From positions 124,001-188,000 of the forward strand of contig NC_047073.1 of assembly GCF_902459465.1 (NCBI RefSeq): 64,000 nucleotides of DNA, given 5' to 3'. Source of the stretch: Asterias rubens. Lineage: Eukaryota. The stretch's first letter is position 1, and each line of letters begins with the position of its first letter. Below the pieces are notes generated by a model. It had not been told where the DNA came from, made no database searches, and was given only the letters and a program-made list of their open reading frames with translations. Below are positions 25,742 to 37,491 of the stretch, one piece after another. A program made the translations under genes and the position numbers.

Positions 25742-28700
25742 AAACAGTATAAAAGACATTTATGAAAAAGAAAAGGGGAAGTTACAAAGATAGTGACTGC
25801 TTTCAAATGGTAATTTATTACTTTAGCATATATTGTGAGCCTACACAAAATATGCAGAAGGAAATGCTTTGGGGGTTTTATGCTATTTGAATCATACATT
25901 GTGAATATATACAGAACACTGATAATGGTTTTGTCAACCATTGAATGATGTGTGTGCTCAGTCAACCCACACTTTTCACGCGGACTGCCTTCCACAATCT
26001 ATTTATCCCAAGGGCTCATGGAAACAACTCTCTTTGACAAGTTTTTTTCTCAAAACAAGAATAGACGCGCTCTCATATTAAGAGTCGTGAAGCAATATGG
26101 ATCAAGTTGCTACTACCGTACTACACTTTTTATAAAGCATTCCAGCAATGATTACTGATACTATTCCTTCAAATAATATTTTTGTTTACACTCAATGATT
26201 GAATTAGAGCTGTCTCTGGAGCCAACCTCATCACCTTTGCAGAGAAAATTTCTGCTGACGTTTGATATAGACTTAATTTGAAGCAGGAAATGGGCTTATT
26301 TCATTCATTAGCGCCAGAGGGATTTATTTTGGGATAGGAAATTAAAGGGGAAAGTTTCATTCAACAGGCCAGCGGAGCGGGAATAAATCTACACCACTTA
26401 ACTCTTATGAAAAGTTAGATAGTAAGAATTCTGCTTAAACGTAGACGAGCCAAGTTCTATTTCAGTTACTCTCCTAGCTGTTTACTCTCCTATAGGCATA
26501 CCCTAGGGACTTCTTTCTGTTCCTCAACCACACTAGGCTCAGCTTTTACTGCAGACTGTACATATTTCACCAACATCGATTGCAATTATCAATAGTTTTA
26601 TTATCATCAGTAGACATCAGGTCTAAAGTAGTTAATGCGGGAGTGAAGGGTTCCAGTATGTTAAACGTTGCATTTGGTTAATTATTTAGTGAACTTGGCA
26701 ACAAGTACTTGTATCTGACATGTTATTGTAGACGCAGCTCTAACCCTAAACTTAAATGTTGATAACATGATCTGTTTTGTTAAATACTGATAAAAAATGT
26801 CTCGACTGAAATAAAAAGAAATACCACAAACAACTAAAAAAGAGCACAATTGACACTGCAAAAGTGCCACACCTCTGCATGAATAACTACTTGACAATCA
26901 ATTGTTTGAGTATTATAAAGAGTTTTATTTGAGAGGAATTTTTTCTATTGGAGTATCAAGTCACTGAGGGAAAAACTGGAGGCGTTTTAAAATAAATCAC
27001 AACAAATAATGGTATGATTGTGCGTGAGGCAGTTTGAAGTGCACAGTACTGTCAGGGTGATAAACTATATCCACTGATGCTGAACTATGTCCAGGTCACG
27101 CATAGAAACATGTACCAACATAAAGCAAGAAAGTTCATTGAGCCTACAGTGTATTAATAACTAAATATGAAAGTAAAATCTAACGTCAAATTCTGTACAG
27201 TAAAACACCCACTGTGAGTGAAAGGGATCGGCAAAGAAAAAAATACTATAAAAATAAACACTAACAAATTGGCAAATATAGAAAACTAAATCTTGGCTTC
27301 ATTGAAGAAAATCAACCCGGAACGCATTCTTTATGAATTTGAGAATTGTTGATGTTGACACTGTCAACCTACGGATACATAGTAATTTATTTGTTGAGCC
27401 TACAGCGTTAATTTTAAGTTAGTGGTCTGGATTTTAGAATAGGCTATTTATTACACGATAGAACCGTCTTGATCTTAAGCAGAGACTGGCCCTTAGCTGT
27501 GAGCGCCACACCTTAATAGGTAATGTTTGTGTAGGCTTCTCAACAACTTTTTTTGATACGCCCTCTTGGAGTATGTTTAATTATTGACACTGGGGTTCTT
27601 AATGGTGTTGGCTGTAACCCAGGTACGGTTACAATGTCAACATTTGGAGAGCTTAGTAAACACACAATAAATAAGTTAGTTTTAGCAAGCACGTCAAACT
27701 CAACGTGCAATTTAGATCTTGTTTTGTTATCTAGAAGATGTACGGGAATTTCATTGGTGCAAAGTCTGCTCAGTGTTTTGCAGTGTAAGCACCATATTTT
27801 ATTTGAGGGTGACAGCCGTTTTATGGCAGGCTCACTGATTGATCGCACATGCAGCGCGCATGACCTCACATCAAGCCCCGTTCTTGCAGTGTAATGATGA
27901 CAGGGAAACAAGCGAATCAGGAACGGAAGCCCGATTGCTACGTTCACAAGGTGCAGTGATTTCCTGAGCTTATTAGTCGCCAATTAGGGGCATGTCAACA
28001 ACCGGGCAGTGAATGAGGGACATGGTCTGCACACTCATGCCCCTGTCTAGTGAGATTGCACTTACTATACTACAAACGGGTTGTCACAGCGCTAATTTAC
28101 CATGCTGAACTCACTTGTTGGAGATCATAGCGTGTTTCCGCGATACACTCTCCCAACTTCTTAATAGGCTTCCAAGGCCTCCACTGTTAAAACCTCACCA
28201 GTCTTATAAGTTGAGACTTGGGAGTCCATCAGGTTAGTTCAAAGCAAACGTCAGTGAGTCGCCAACTGTACATCTGATGTGAGTGACCAGCCAGTAAGGA
28301 GGTGGTCTAGAATGGTCTGGAGGGGGGTCTGGTGCTCCTCAAAGACACGTTTGCTGTCCTGCTAATATTAACCAGAGCAATTGGATTATGATTGATTCTA
28401 AGCCAGCAGCTTTCCGGGATCTGTTTAGCTAATCTTCTATACATCCTCCTCTTCTCACCCTAAGTGTGAAACATCACATTTTTATGTGAGAATGGAAGGT
28501 TGTTTGGCCCATTATAGTCTTAACTCATATCCTGTGATAAATGTAAGTGTATTATCTCATTTTCTCTTCATTTGTTCTCTATTTTAACGCATGTGGATTC
28601 TTTAATTGCAGATGGAGGGGTGTATGCATCTAATAAGAATACACAGTATTCGTGTAAACTTGTCTCTTAATTTTGATGAAAAGAACTTCATTCAAATTGC

Positions 28701-29119
28701 TCTTTTTCAGACACATTGTACACTGTCTTTGTATCTTGGACTGAAGTTTTGAAGATGTCATAAAAACATTTTCAAAAACATGATTACATTGGAAATATGT
28801 TTTAATATGGATGGCTGCATTTTTGCATCCATGTGAATGGAAGCAATTTTTTATGAGCAATTTCATTTTGTAAGCTCAATGTGTAGGCGCCAACTTTGTA
28901 CTTTCTTTTCACATTTTTGTACTACATATTTGTTATGGGTCATGGTTTGCACTTCTCCCACCAGTGGAGCTGAAAATCTCATCCAGTGATTGGTGTAAAA
29001 AAGAACAGAGCCATTGTGATTGGTTATCGCAGTGAATTTGGTTAATGGAAGCTTATTACACGTTGTGGGACATGCATGGCTAGGAATCAGTGATCAATTG
29101 AATGGTTTGGCAGTTAATA

Positions 29120-29130
29120 GTGACTCAGCT
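29120..29130 (+). promoter_or_regulatory. ARE/MARE-like site in KEAP1 intron 1
   Basis: GTGACTCAGCT versus consensus RTGACTCAGCA. Confidence 0.45.
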
Positions 29131-29939
29131 GAAATGATGGATTATTGTTAGGGTTTACGCTACTCATATGAAAGCTGTAGTGTAGAGTGCACGGTCACTT
29201 TGTCTGCTTGCTACGCAGTGGTTGTACAATGTAGCCAGGCTAGTGACATTGTAAATCACTACCATGACAACCCATTCATAATGCATAGTAAACTACTTTA
29301 TCTCAGCCTGGTATTTCTACACGAGGCTTTGAAGTTGTAGTTTTTATCAGTGTATTCTGCATTGATGTCTGGTGTCCGGTGCTAGTAGTAGCATCATTTC
29401 GCTTCACACTGGCCAATTTTATTGTTTTAATGATGCTCAACAATGGCAAGTATTGTATTTGATAATTTGACAGATTGCTGTGCATTCCACAGCATGGTGT
29501 TCACATTACAGAAGCAATGAGCAGCGTGTTGTGGGCATGATAACCCCCTTGCAATAGGTGTGCAGTATTGACTAATGTCAGCTTATATCAGTTGGAGGTG
29601 CTGATATTCTTCTTCATTTGTATAAGAAGACAAAATCAATTTAAACTTTTGACTAGAGAGAGAGCAAAAGTAATTTGGGGGCAATAATTTTTAAATTTGA
29701 CAACTATTGCTTGGTTTTGATATTGTGATGTACATGTATGCAGGATGATTGTTACTTTGAACAGCTTGTTTTAATTTCCGTATATGTTTTGTATTTCTAC
29801 AGGTGATTTACCAGCAAGGAATTTGACAGCCCAGTATTCTCTGCGATGGGACTACACCCCCGTTTTATTCAAGATTCACTCAGGTGATGGAGTCACATTC
29901 ATTAGACGTGCAACAAAGGATTATTATAGTTAGTATGAA

Positions 29940-32900
29940 ATGGCATCCTCCATTATGCCCAGTTTAGAGACCAATGAAGGAGGGAAGATATCCCATAGAA
30001 GGACTAGTGGTGGCGGTATGACCTTCACGAGTGATCGACATCCACGCAACGCATTCTCTGTACTCAATGAGCTACGACAAAAGAAGGATCTATGTGACGT
30101 CCTGCTGGTTGTGGAAACAGTCAAATTCCATGCGCATAAGGTTGTACTGGCATCTTGTAGCCCCTACTTCAAGGCCATGTTCACAGGCGGCTATAAAGAA
30201 TGCAGGAAAGGAATGATAGAGCTGAAAGATATTCATCCGTGTGTATTTTCATTAATTATAGAATTCATGTACACATCTGAGATTACAATTAATGAGCATA
30301 ATGTTCTGACTGTGTTACCCAAAGCTGTTATGTATCAAATCACTGACGTGATTGAATGCTGTTGTACATTCTTAAAGGAAGAACTTGACCCGAGTAATTG
30401 TATAGGTATATCGGCCTATGCACAGCAACATGGATTGACATCGTTACATGCAGCGGCACGGGAATTCATCTGTCGAAAATTTTGTGAAGTTTCCAAGACG
30501 GAGGAGTTTATGAATCTAACTCTAGTCCAGTTAGTCGCTCTCATTAAACACGATAAGCTAAATGTATGGTGTGAATCTCAGGTTTATAACGCATGTTTAC
30601 GATGGATACTACACAGTGAAGGAGAACGGAGGCCTTGCTTTGAGAAACTGCTCGGATGCGGAGGCATCCGATGTGAACATCTTACACCAGCATTTCTTAA
30701 GAAACAACTTGAGAGATGCGATTTCCTCAAAGGTGAACCCCGATGTAAAGACTTCCTGTCCAAGATCTTCCAGGAGCTGCGATTACATAAGATATGTAAG
30801 ACGCCCAAAAGAAACCCTATCTCTGCATGTGTGATCTATACAGCAGGAGGATACCTACGCCAATCATTAGTCAATATGGAGTGTTATAACCCAGAAGATG
30901 ACGTCTGGCATAAACTGGCTGATCTAATTGAACCACGTAGTGGTCTTAGTGCTGCTACCGTAGCAGGGATATTCTACGCCGTTGGAGGTAGGAATAACAC
31001 TACTGAAGCCAACACAGACTCTAATAGGCTTGATGCCTACAATCCTTTAAAGAATCAATGGAAGACATTGGCACCAATGAATAAGCCAAGGAACAGAGTG
31101 GGTACAGCCGTGCTAGATGGTTTGTTGTATGCAATCGGTGGATCGGAAGGATGCAATAAACACAACTCAGCTGAAAGGTAGGGGTCTTAATAGGCACTGA
31201 ATAATACAATTTTAGTGTCCACTTTCTGATAAAAAGACAGCATGTAAATACTATGCATTACCAGATTTCTGCGCCTTGAACACCCATCAGGGTGTATATG
31301 TGCGCATTACAAGTCTTATTATGATGATTTTATTATTATTACTGTATTAAGAAAATACATTATACAAAGCCACAAAAAGCAGTGTTCAACATCACATGCA
31401 ATGTATCATCACAAAGGTTTCAGAACTACATGTGTTGGCACTTTGTAGAATTTGTTGTGAAAGAGCTTGCTGTACTCTTCCATAAACAATTGTCGTAGAT
31501 ATAAAGGACACTTGAACAAACAAACTCAAGGTTTTCATTTAATGGCGGCCATTTAGACAATTAAAATTCACTTCAAGTGGTCCGGCTGGCTAAGTTGGTG
31601 ACAAAAAGCTCCCAAATCCCCCAACTAAGATTAGTGGATGATAGGTCAGGTGAATTGGGTCAATAGAATATCTGTACATGATGAGAATGACATTGTCGTC
31701 CTTCTAAGGATTACAGGCCTTGAAATTTGTTCTTGAAGGGGCGCAGCAATTTTTCCTCTAGTAATGGGCACTTCCATGAGAAACATTTTTAATTTGTATT
31801 GCACAGGGCACAATGACCGTGGGAGCCGTGTCTTTAATTTGTATTGCACAGGGCACAATGACCGTGGGAGCCGTGTCTTTAATTTGTATTGCACAGGGCA
31901 CAATGACCGTGGGAGCCGTGTCTTTAATTTGTATTGCACAGGGCACAATGACCGTGGGAGCCGTGTCTTTAATTTGTATTGCACAGGGCACAATGACCGT
32001 GGGAGCCGTGTCTTTAATTTGTATTGCACAGGGCACAATGACCGTGGGAGCCGTGTCTTTAATTTGTATTGCACAGGGCACAATGACTGTGGGAGCCGTG
32101 TCTTTAATTTGTATTGCACAGGGCACAATGACCGTGGGAGCCGTGTCTTTAATTTGTATTGCACAGGGCACAATGACCGTGGGAGCCGTGTCTTTAATTT
32201 GTATTGCACAGGGCACAATGACTGTGGGAGCCGTGTCTTTAATTTGTATTGCACAGGGCACAATGACCGTGGGAGCCGTGTCTTTAATTCGAGGCCTGTT
32301 CGTATTCTCTACCACTGTATACAATGCTATTTACTGATATATAATATTCTCTACCACTATATACAATGCTATTTACTGATATATAATATTCTCTACCACT
32401 GTATACAATGCTATTTACTGATATATAATATTCTCTTCTACTACAGATACAACGCTGATGAAGATAAATGGACTATGATAGCTCCAATGCATACTAAACG
32501 TATCGGTGTTGGTTGTGCAGTAGTGAATAGACTCTTGTATGCTGTAGGGGGTTATGATGGTAATAACAGGCTGGATGGTGTAGAATGTTTCCACCCGGAG
32601 AATGACGAATGGACTGTAGTAGCGCCAATGAGTGCACGACGAAGTGGAGCAGGTTAGTACAACGCTATTTCTCTTTCCTTCAACCAGAAACCCCTCTCCC
32701 ACGGGTGTGTCTTGGCCGAGCAGTTAAGAGCAGCAAATTCAAACTCTGGTGTTTCGTCCTTCAGATGGGGCGTAAAGTTGTTTGTTCTGTGTGTTGTGTA
32801 AGACACATAAAAGAACCCAGTGCACTTATCAGAGAAGGTGTTCGCCCCAGTGTTCCTGGTTTGATTGGCAGAATGTTGTCCCACAGAACCTTGTAAACCA

Positions 32901-35900
32901 TTACTTAGTGCTATGTACAGGGAGTAGGTCTCATATTAAAAATGTAGTCCCATCCTTGCAGTGGAAAAATGCATGTTAAAGTACCTTGAGCATCACTGAG
33001 TGACCGATATGCACGCTGTATAAGAAGCCACTATTCATAATAATTATTACTACCAAAAAGAAAAAAAAAAAGAAACTATTACTAAACGCCTTGTTCAAAG
33101 TTAATGCCAGTGTGAAAGCAGAAAAACTTTGGACCTCATAATTCTGTACTCACAATGAAGGTTTTGCACATTTCAACTTGAGCTACACATTTTGTGGGAA
33201 GTGTTTTGTTGCAATAAACATTAACTCAGAAAACATTTATTTCATAAATGAAAACATGGGGTATTAGAATGAATAAAGTGTTGGATACTGTAGCCCACAG
33301 TATCATGTTTGGATTAAACAGGGTGTCTTTGAATGCCTGTTTGAACTTCTCACAGCTTTTTTTGTGCTAGATAATGATTAGTGTACAACAACTGCCGTTA
33401 ATAAAGGAAACATGTTAAACCACTACACCTGCCTTAAAAGATTACTTCAACTTCAATCCTTATATAATCAGACAGTGAATCACAATGATATGAAAGATTG
33501 AGTACGTCTGTCAAGTCATTGGTTGCTCCATTGACACCACTAATTGGCCGTATCATCATGGCCAAGTGTACCATGTTGAAAAACTTCCTCCCTAGTCTAT
33601 AGGGTTGAGACAAGACAGTGTTAACCTTGTACTTTGCTGAATCATGCATCATGGCTTGCAAATACTCCCCAACCCCCCTGGGGCATTGTCTGTTCGTAAC
33701 AAAGGGCTTGGTGGTGTGTGGTGGAGATCTTATTTGCATATGCTGGGCTTGTAGACACACCCCTCCCCCTCCCACTAAGTTAAACATCAAGTATTATGAT
33801 AGTAAATTTGACTTTTCACCATGTACCCGGTAGGCCTACTGCTTGAGAGTACTTTGAAATTAAATGACATGTAGACTTATATGGCCACACCTGGTCAGTG
33901 CATTGACGAAGACAGTGTATGTACCAGAAATAGTCCGCTTTGTGTGAAGGTTAGGGAGGTACATGGATGGGTATTTCCCGTTGTGTACACATTGTGTATT
34001 CGTGGCTTATTTACTCATACACACTTAACCTGTTATACTTTTATTTGACTTTTATTCTAGAGCTTTTTCTTGGTACATACATGTAGTAAAAGGCACTGGA
34101 CACTATTGGTAATTACTCAAAATAATTGTTGGCATAAAAACTTAATTGGTAACGAGCAATAGCGAGTTGTTGATGGTATAAAACCTTGTAAGAAATGGCT
34201 CCCTCTGAAGGTGTCCAGTGCCTTTAATGATTGTTTCAAGAGTTAAAGGGCTCTGTGCATGTCTGTTGTACCATAGAGTAAGGAAAGCACATTATGTGAA
34301 CAATAGTATGCACTGCAAAGTAACAATGTAATAAGAGGAAGGGCTGTACATGTATGTTTGATACAGCTTTCCTTACCTCAACTCCCCAATGGGCAGTTTG
34401 AGTTTTCTCATAAGACCGAGTCCATTCTTTACTAGTCAATTGAGTTGGTTACATGTCAGGATAAATGACATGAGTGGAAATTACTACTGACAGCTTAAGT
34501 AGTAGCCATTGTATGTACACAAACGCTTGTCTTATATGCTCAGTTTAATAATATCACTATGTAGTACTTCCTCCAATGATTTGTTTTTGCCCTGGCACTG
34601 ATGTGTGTGGAATACGCATGTGTCCTCGGTGCTTTCTGAACGCTGCACCCATATATAAATAGAGACAGGCCTGTATGCTTCCATTTTTGAAAGTTCAAGG
34701 GCACCAAGGCATTTATTTCCTTCTGAAAGGGCACCCTATGAGGAAATTGTAAAGTTTCTACTGGAGCATTTCAAGGGCACCAAGGCAATGACCAGGAGGC
34801 ATGAAGGCAATAGCCTTTGTTGCCTCCATAAAGTGTCAGGCCAGTAGAGACATCATATACATCCAAGCAGCATGGTTGTCAAATTGCAGGCTACACAATG
34901 ACCAAAATATCTTCTAAACTTGTCTCCGAATGTCTTGTTTAATGTCTTAATTAATAAATTGTGTTTTTTTTGTATGATGTTACTTACAGGTGTGTGCAGC
35001 ATCGGTAACTACCTGTATGCAGTGGGTGGATACGATGGAGTCAGTCAACTGAATAGTGTTGAACGCTATGATGTAGAGAGAGATACATGGGAATATGTTG
35101 CCTCTATGAACTCTAGACGTAGTGCTCTGAGTGTTGATGTCGTAGGAGGCAAGCTTTATGCGTTGGGTAGGTACCATTGCTAGATTCAAACCCATAGAGT
35201 TTTATACTGTAAGAACTAGAGAGCGCACTGGTGATTGTGCGTGCACAAATGCGACAGGACCGCACGGAGACTCGCGCGCCATTTTGTAAGAATGTTGTAC
35301 GCGCGTTGATAACAAAGTATGGTGTGTGTTATGATAACGTTATTCAATGATGTTTTGTCAACTTACAAAATGGCCGGACACAGGGCTGCACACCGGGTTG
35401 CATATTTAGACCAGTGCGCCCTCTAGTTCGTATATAACTAAATGATTCAAATCTGATTGAACTGATGCTGAAGTTCCTCCGGCTTATCAGAGCCAATTGA
35501 CGCAATAGGGATTGTTCTATAAAGTACAGTAGAATGTATTGAACATTTCATGCATTATACTCATACCATCAACTGGTCCTAGCCTCTGTAATTGTGTACA
35601 CACATTGTTCTTGCCACGCATAGTTTCCAATGACGTGTGCCACTTGTTCCTGCTTTGATGGTTGCTTCATGTCTTAGTTGCACGAAACTTCAAGATCCTT
35701 TACTTTAAAGCAATGATTCAACCCCGAAAGATTTGTATCTGACAAAATGTGGTTAGTTCAAAGACATTTCTTCATAATGAGAAGGAAGAATCAAGTAATT
35801 GATGAAAACATTCTTGAAACCATAGGCATTGAAACAACCCACGGTGCCCTGAGCAGTTGCTGTGGTGCCCTTTGCAAAGTTCCAATACAAAGATACACTT

Positions 35901-36198
35901 TCCTCAAATAAGTGCCTCTTACCACAGGGGAAAATGCTGTGGCCTTTAAGAGCAAAGTTTAAGGCCTAACACCAGATATTACTTCTAATGGTTCCATTTT
36001 TTCTTGTTTGATTCAGGCGGTTATGATGGACAAGACTTCTTAGCGTCAGTCGAATGTTTTGATCCTGAAACCAATAAATGGACAATAACTACAAACATGA
36101 GTAGTGGACGAAGTGGAGCTGGGGTAGCTGTAGGTATGGAACCATGCAGAACATGTGGGAACAATAATCCATGTAGAGCATTAACACCTTCAAACTGA
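29940..36198 (+). CDS. KEAP1: Kelch-like ECH-associated protein 1 (BTB-IVR-6xKelch), complete, 600 aa
   Basis: Exons 29940-31177, 32447-32652, 34990-35166, 36017-36198 (1803 nt, phases compatible). KEAP1-specific motifs: [43 protein letters not shown]. The 206- and 177-nt internal exons match the recalled human KEAP1 exon sizes. Confidence 0.97.
31788..32289 (+). repeat. 45-bp minisatellite x11 in a KEAP1 intron
   Basis: Unit tttaatttgtattgcacagggcacaatgaccgtgggagccgtgtc. Confidence 0.97.
32303..32446 (+). repeat. 42-bp repeat x3 plus partial, abutting a KEAP1 acceptor
   Basis: Unit tattctctaccactgtatacaatgctatttactgatatataa; the partial fourth copy runs into ctacag|. Confidence 0.92.
32698..33055 (+). 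mobile_element. tRNA-derived SINE copy with L2-type tail
   Basis: A-box-like TGGCCGAGCAG head shared with 63519 and 50215; tail ..ccttgagc..cgctgtataagaag..attatt. Confidence 0.6.
34090..34227. mobile_element. Short deleted Kolobok/T2-like MITE
   Basis: aaggcactggacactattggtaattactcaaaataa ... gtgtccagtgcctttaa. Confidence 0.75.
34666..34844 (+). mobile_element. MITE with CAGGCCTG termini and 6-bp TSD
   Basis: TAGAGA|caggcctgtatgc ... tcaggccag|TAGAGA. Confidence 0.75.
35203..35434. mobile_element. MITE in last KEAP1 intron
   Basis: TIR gaactagagagcgcactggt ... accagtgcgccctctagttc. Confidence 0.7.
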
Positions 36199-36204
36199 TG
36201 GAAC

Positions 36205-36730
36205 CCATCTATAGTGACTACAGTCCAAGAGCATGGTGCAAGGCATTCACAAAGTAACAGGGGGCTGCAGAATAAAGGACTCATCTGGAGTGACTACAGA
36301 CCTAGATCATGTACAAAGCATTCACACAGTAACTGTGGGCTGCAGAACACATAGGACTCATCTGGAGTGACTACAGACCTAGATCATGTACAAAGCATTC
36401 ACACAGTAACTGTGGGCTGCAGAACACATAGGACTCATATGTAGTGACTACAGACCTAGATCATTTCGGAGCATTCACACAGTTACTGGGGCTGCAGAAT
36501 ATAGGACCCATCTGGAGTGACTACAGACCAAGAGCATGGTGCAAAGCATCACACAGTAACTTAGGGACAATCTGTAGCAACTACAGACCAAGATCGTGTA
36601 CACAGTAAGCTAGCGGCTACAGATCATGCAAGTGTAATCTCCTCAGTACCCCAAGCGGCTGCAGACCACACAGTGGCTACAGACCTTCCTCATTAAGCTG
36701 CAGACCATGTTGTGGCTACATACCTTGTAC
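36205..36730 (+). repeat. About 77-bp degenerating tandem repeat at start of KEAP1 3'UTR
   Basis: gactcatctggagtgactacagacctagatcatg... recurs at 36278, 36355, 36432, 36505, decaying to gctacagacc motifs by about 36730. Confidence 0.85.
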
Positions 36731-37187
36731 ATGAAGAGTCTCTTCTCAGAGAAGATATGGACTAATTTAGATACATACGTTAAATGTGTAAAGCATCATT
36801 CTTGATAAAGATCCAAAGTTGCTTGAACATTCTTAGTCAACTTCACAAGAACTGTCCGCTGGTATCAATACTGAATAGCTTGACAGGAAATCAACGGTTG
36901 GAAACAAGGGCATCAACATCTCAAAGATGGTCCATGGATGACAGAGTTCTGTATTTAATGTATTCAGTATTATAGCTCATGTTTCATGTTGGTTGCAAGA
37001 GAGGTCTTTGGACAAGTCTTGCTATTTTAACTTGTTCATTTTCAAGTTCAAATGCAAATGACTAACTACCTTTAAGAAGATTTTAAAGTCAATGGCAAAC
37101 ATATTGCATCGTATATTGTTTTGTGTGAAGTACATGTATGGTGTATACAGATCTGCAACAAATTTAGTATCATTTCATAAACTTTAA

Positions 37188-37491
37188 GGCACTGGACACC
37201 TTTGGTAAGTGTCAAAGACCAGTCTTCTCACTTGGTGTATCTTAACATGCATAAAATAAGAAACATGTGAAAATTTGAACTCAATTGGTTGACAAAGTTT
37301 TGAGAGAATGTTGGAAGAAAAAACACAGTTGTCGCACAAGTTGTGTACTTTCAGATGCTTGAATTCGAGACCTCAGCTGAGGTCTCAAATTAAATTCAAA
37401 TATTTTAGTAAGAAGTTACTTCTTTTTCAAAAACAATTGCATTTTTATGCTAACAACTATTTTGAGTAATAACCAATATTGTCCAGTGCCT
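37188..37491 (+). mobile_element. Kolobok/T2-like MITE
   Basis: ttaaggcactggacacctttggtaa ... gtccagtgcct|TTAA. Confidence 0.8.

Noticed and set aside
31646-32446. Four long overlapping ORFs, one fused in frame to a Kelch exon
   Set aside because: They are translations of the 45- and 42-bp repeats inside a KEAP1 intron; the true exon starts at 32447 in the phase matching donor 31177.
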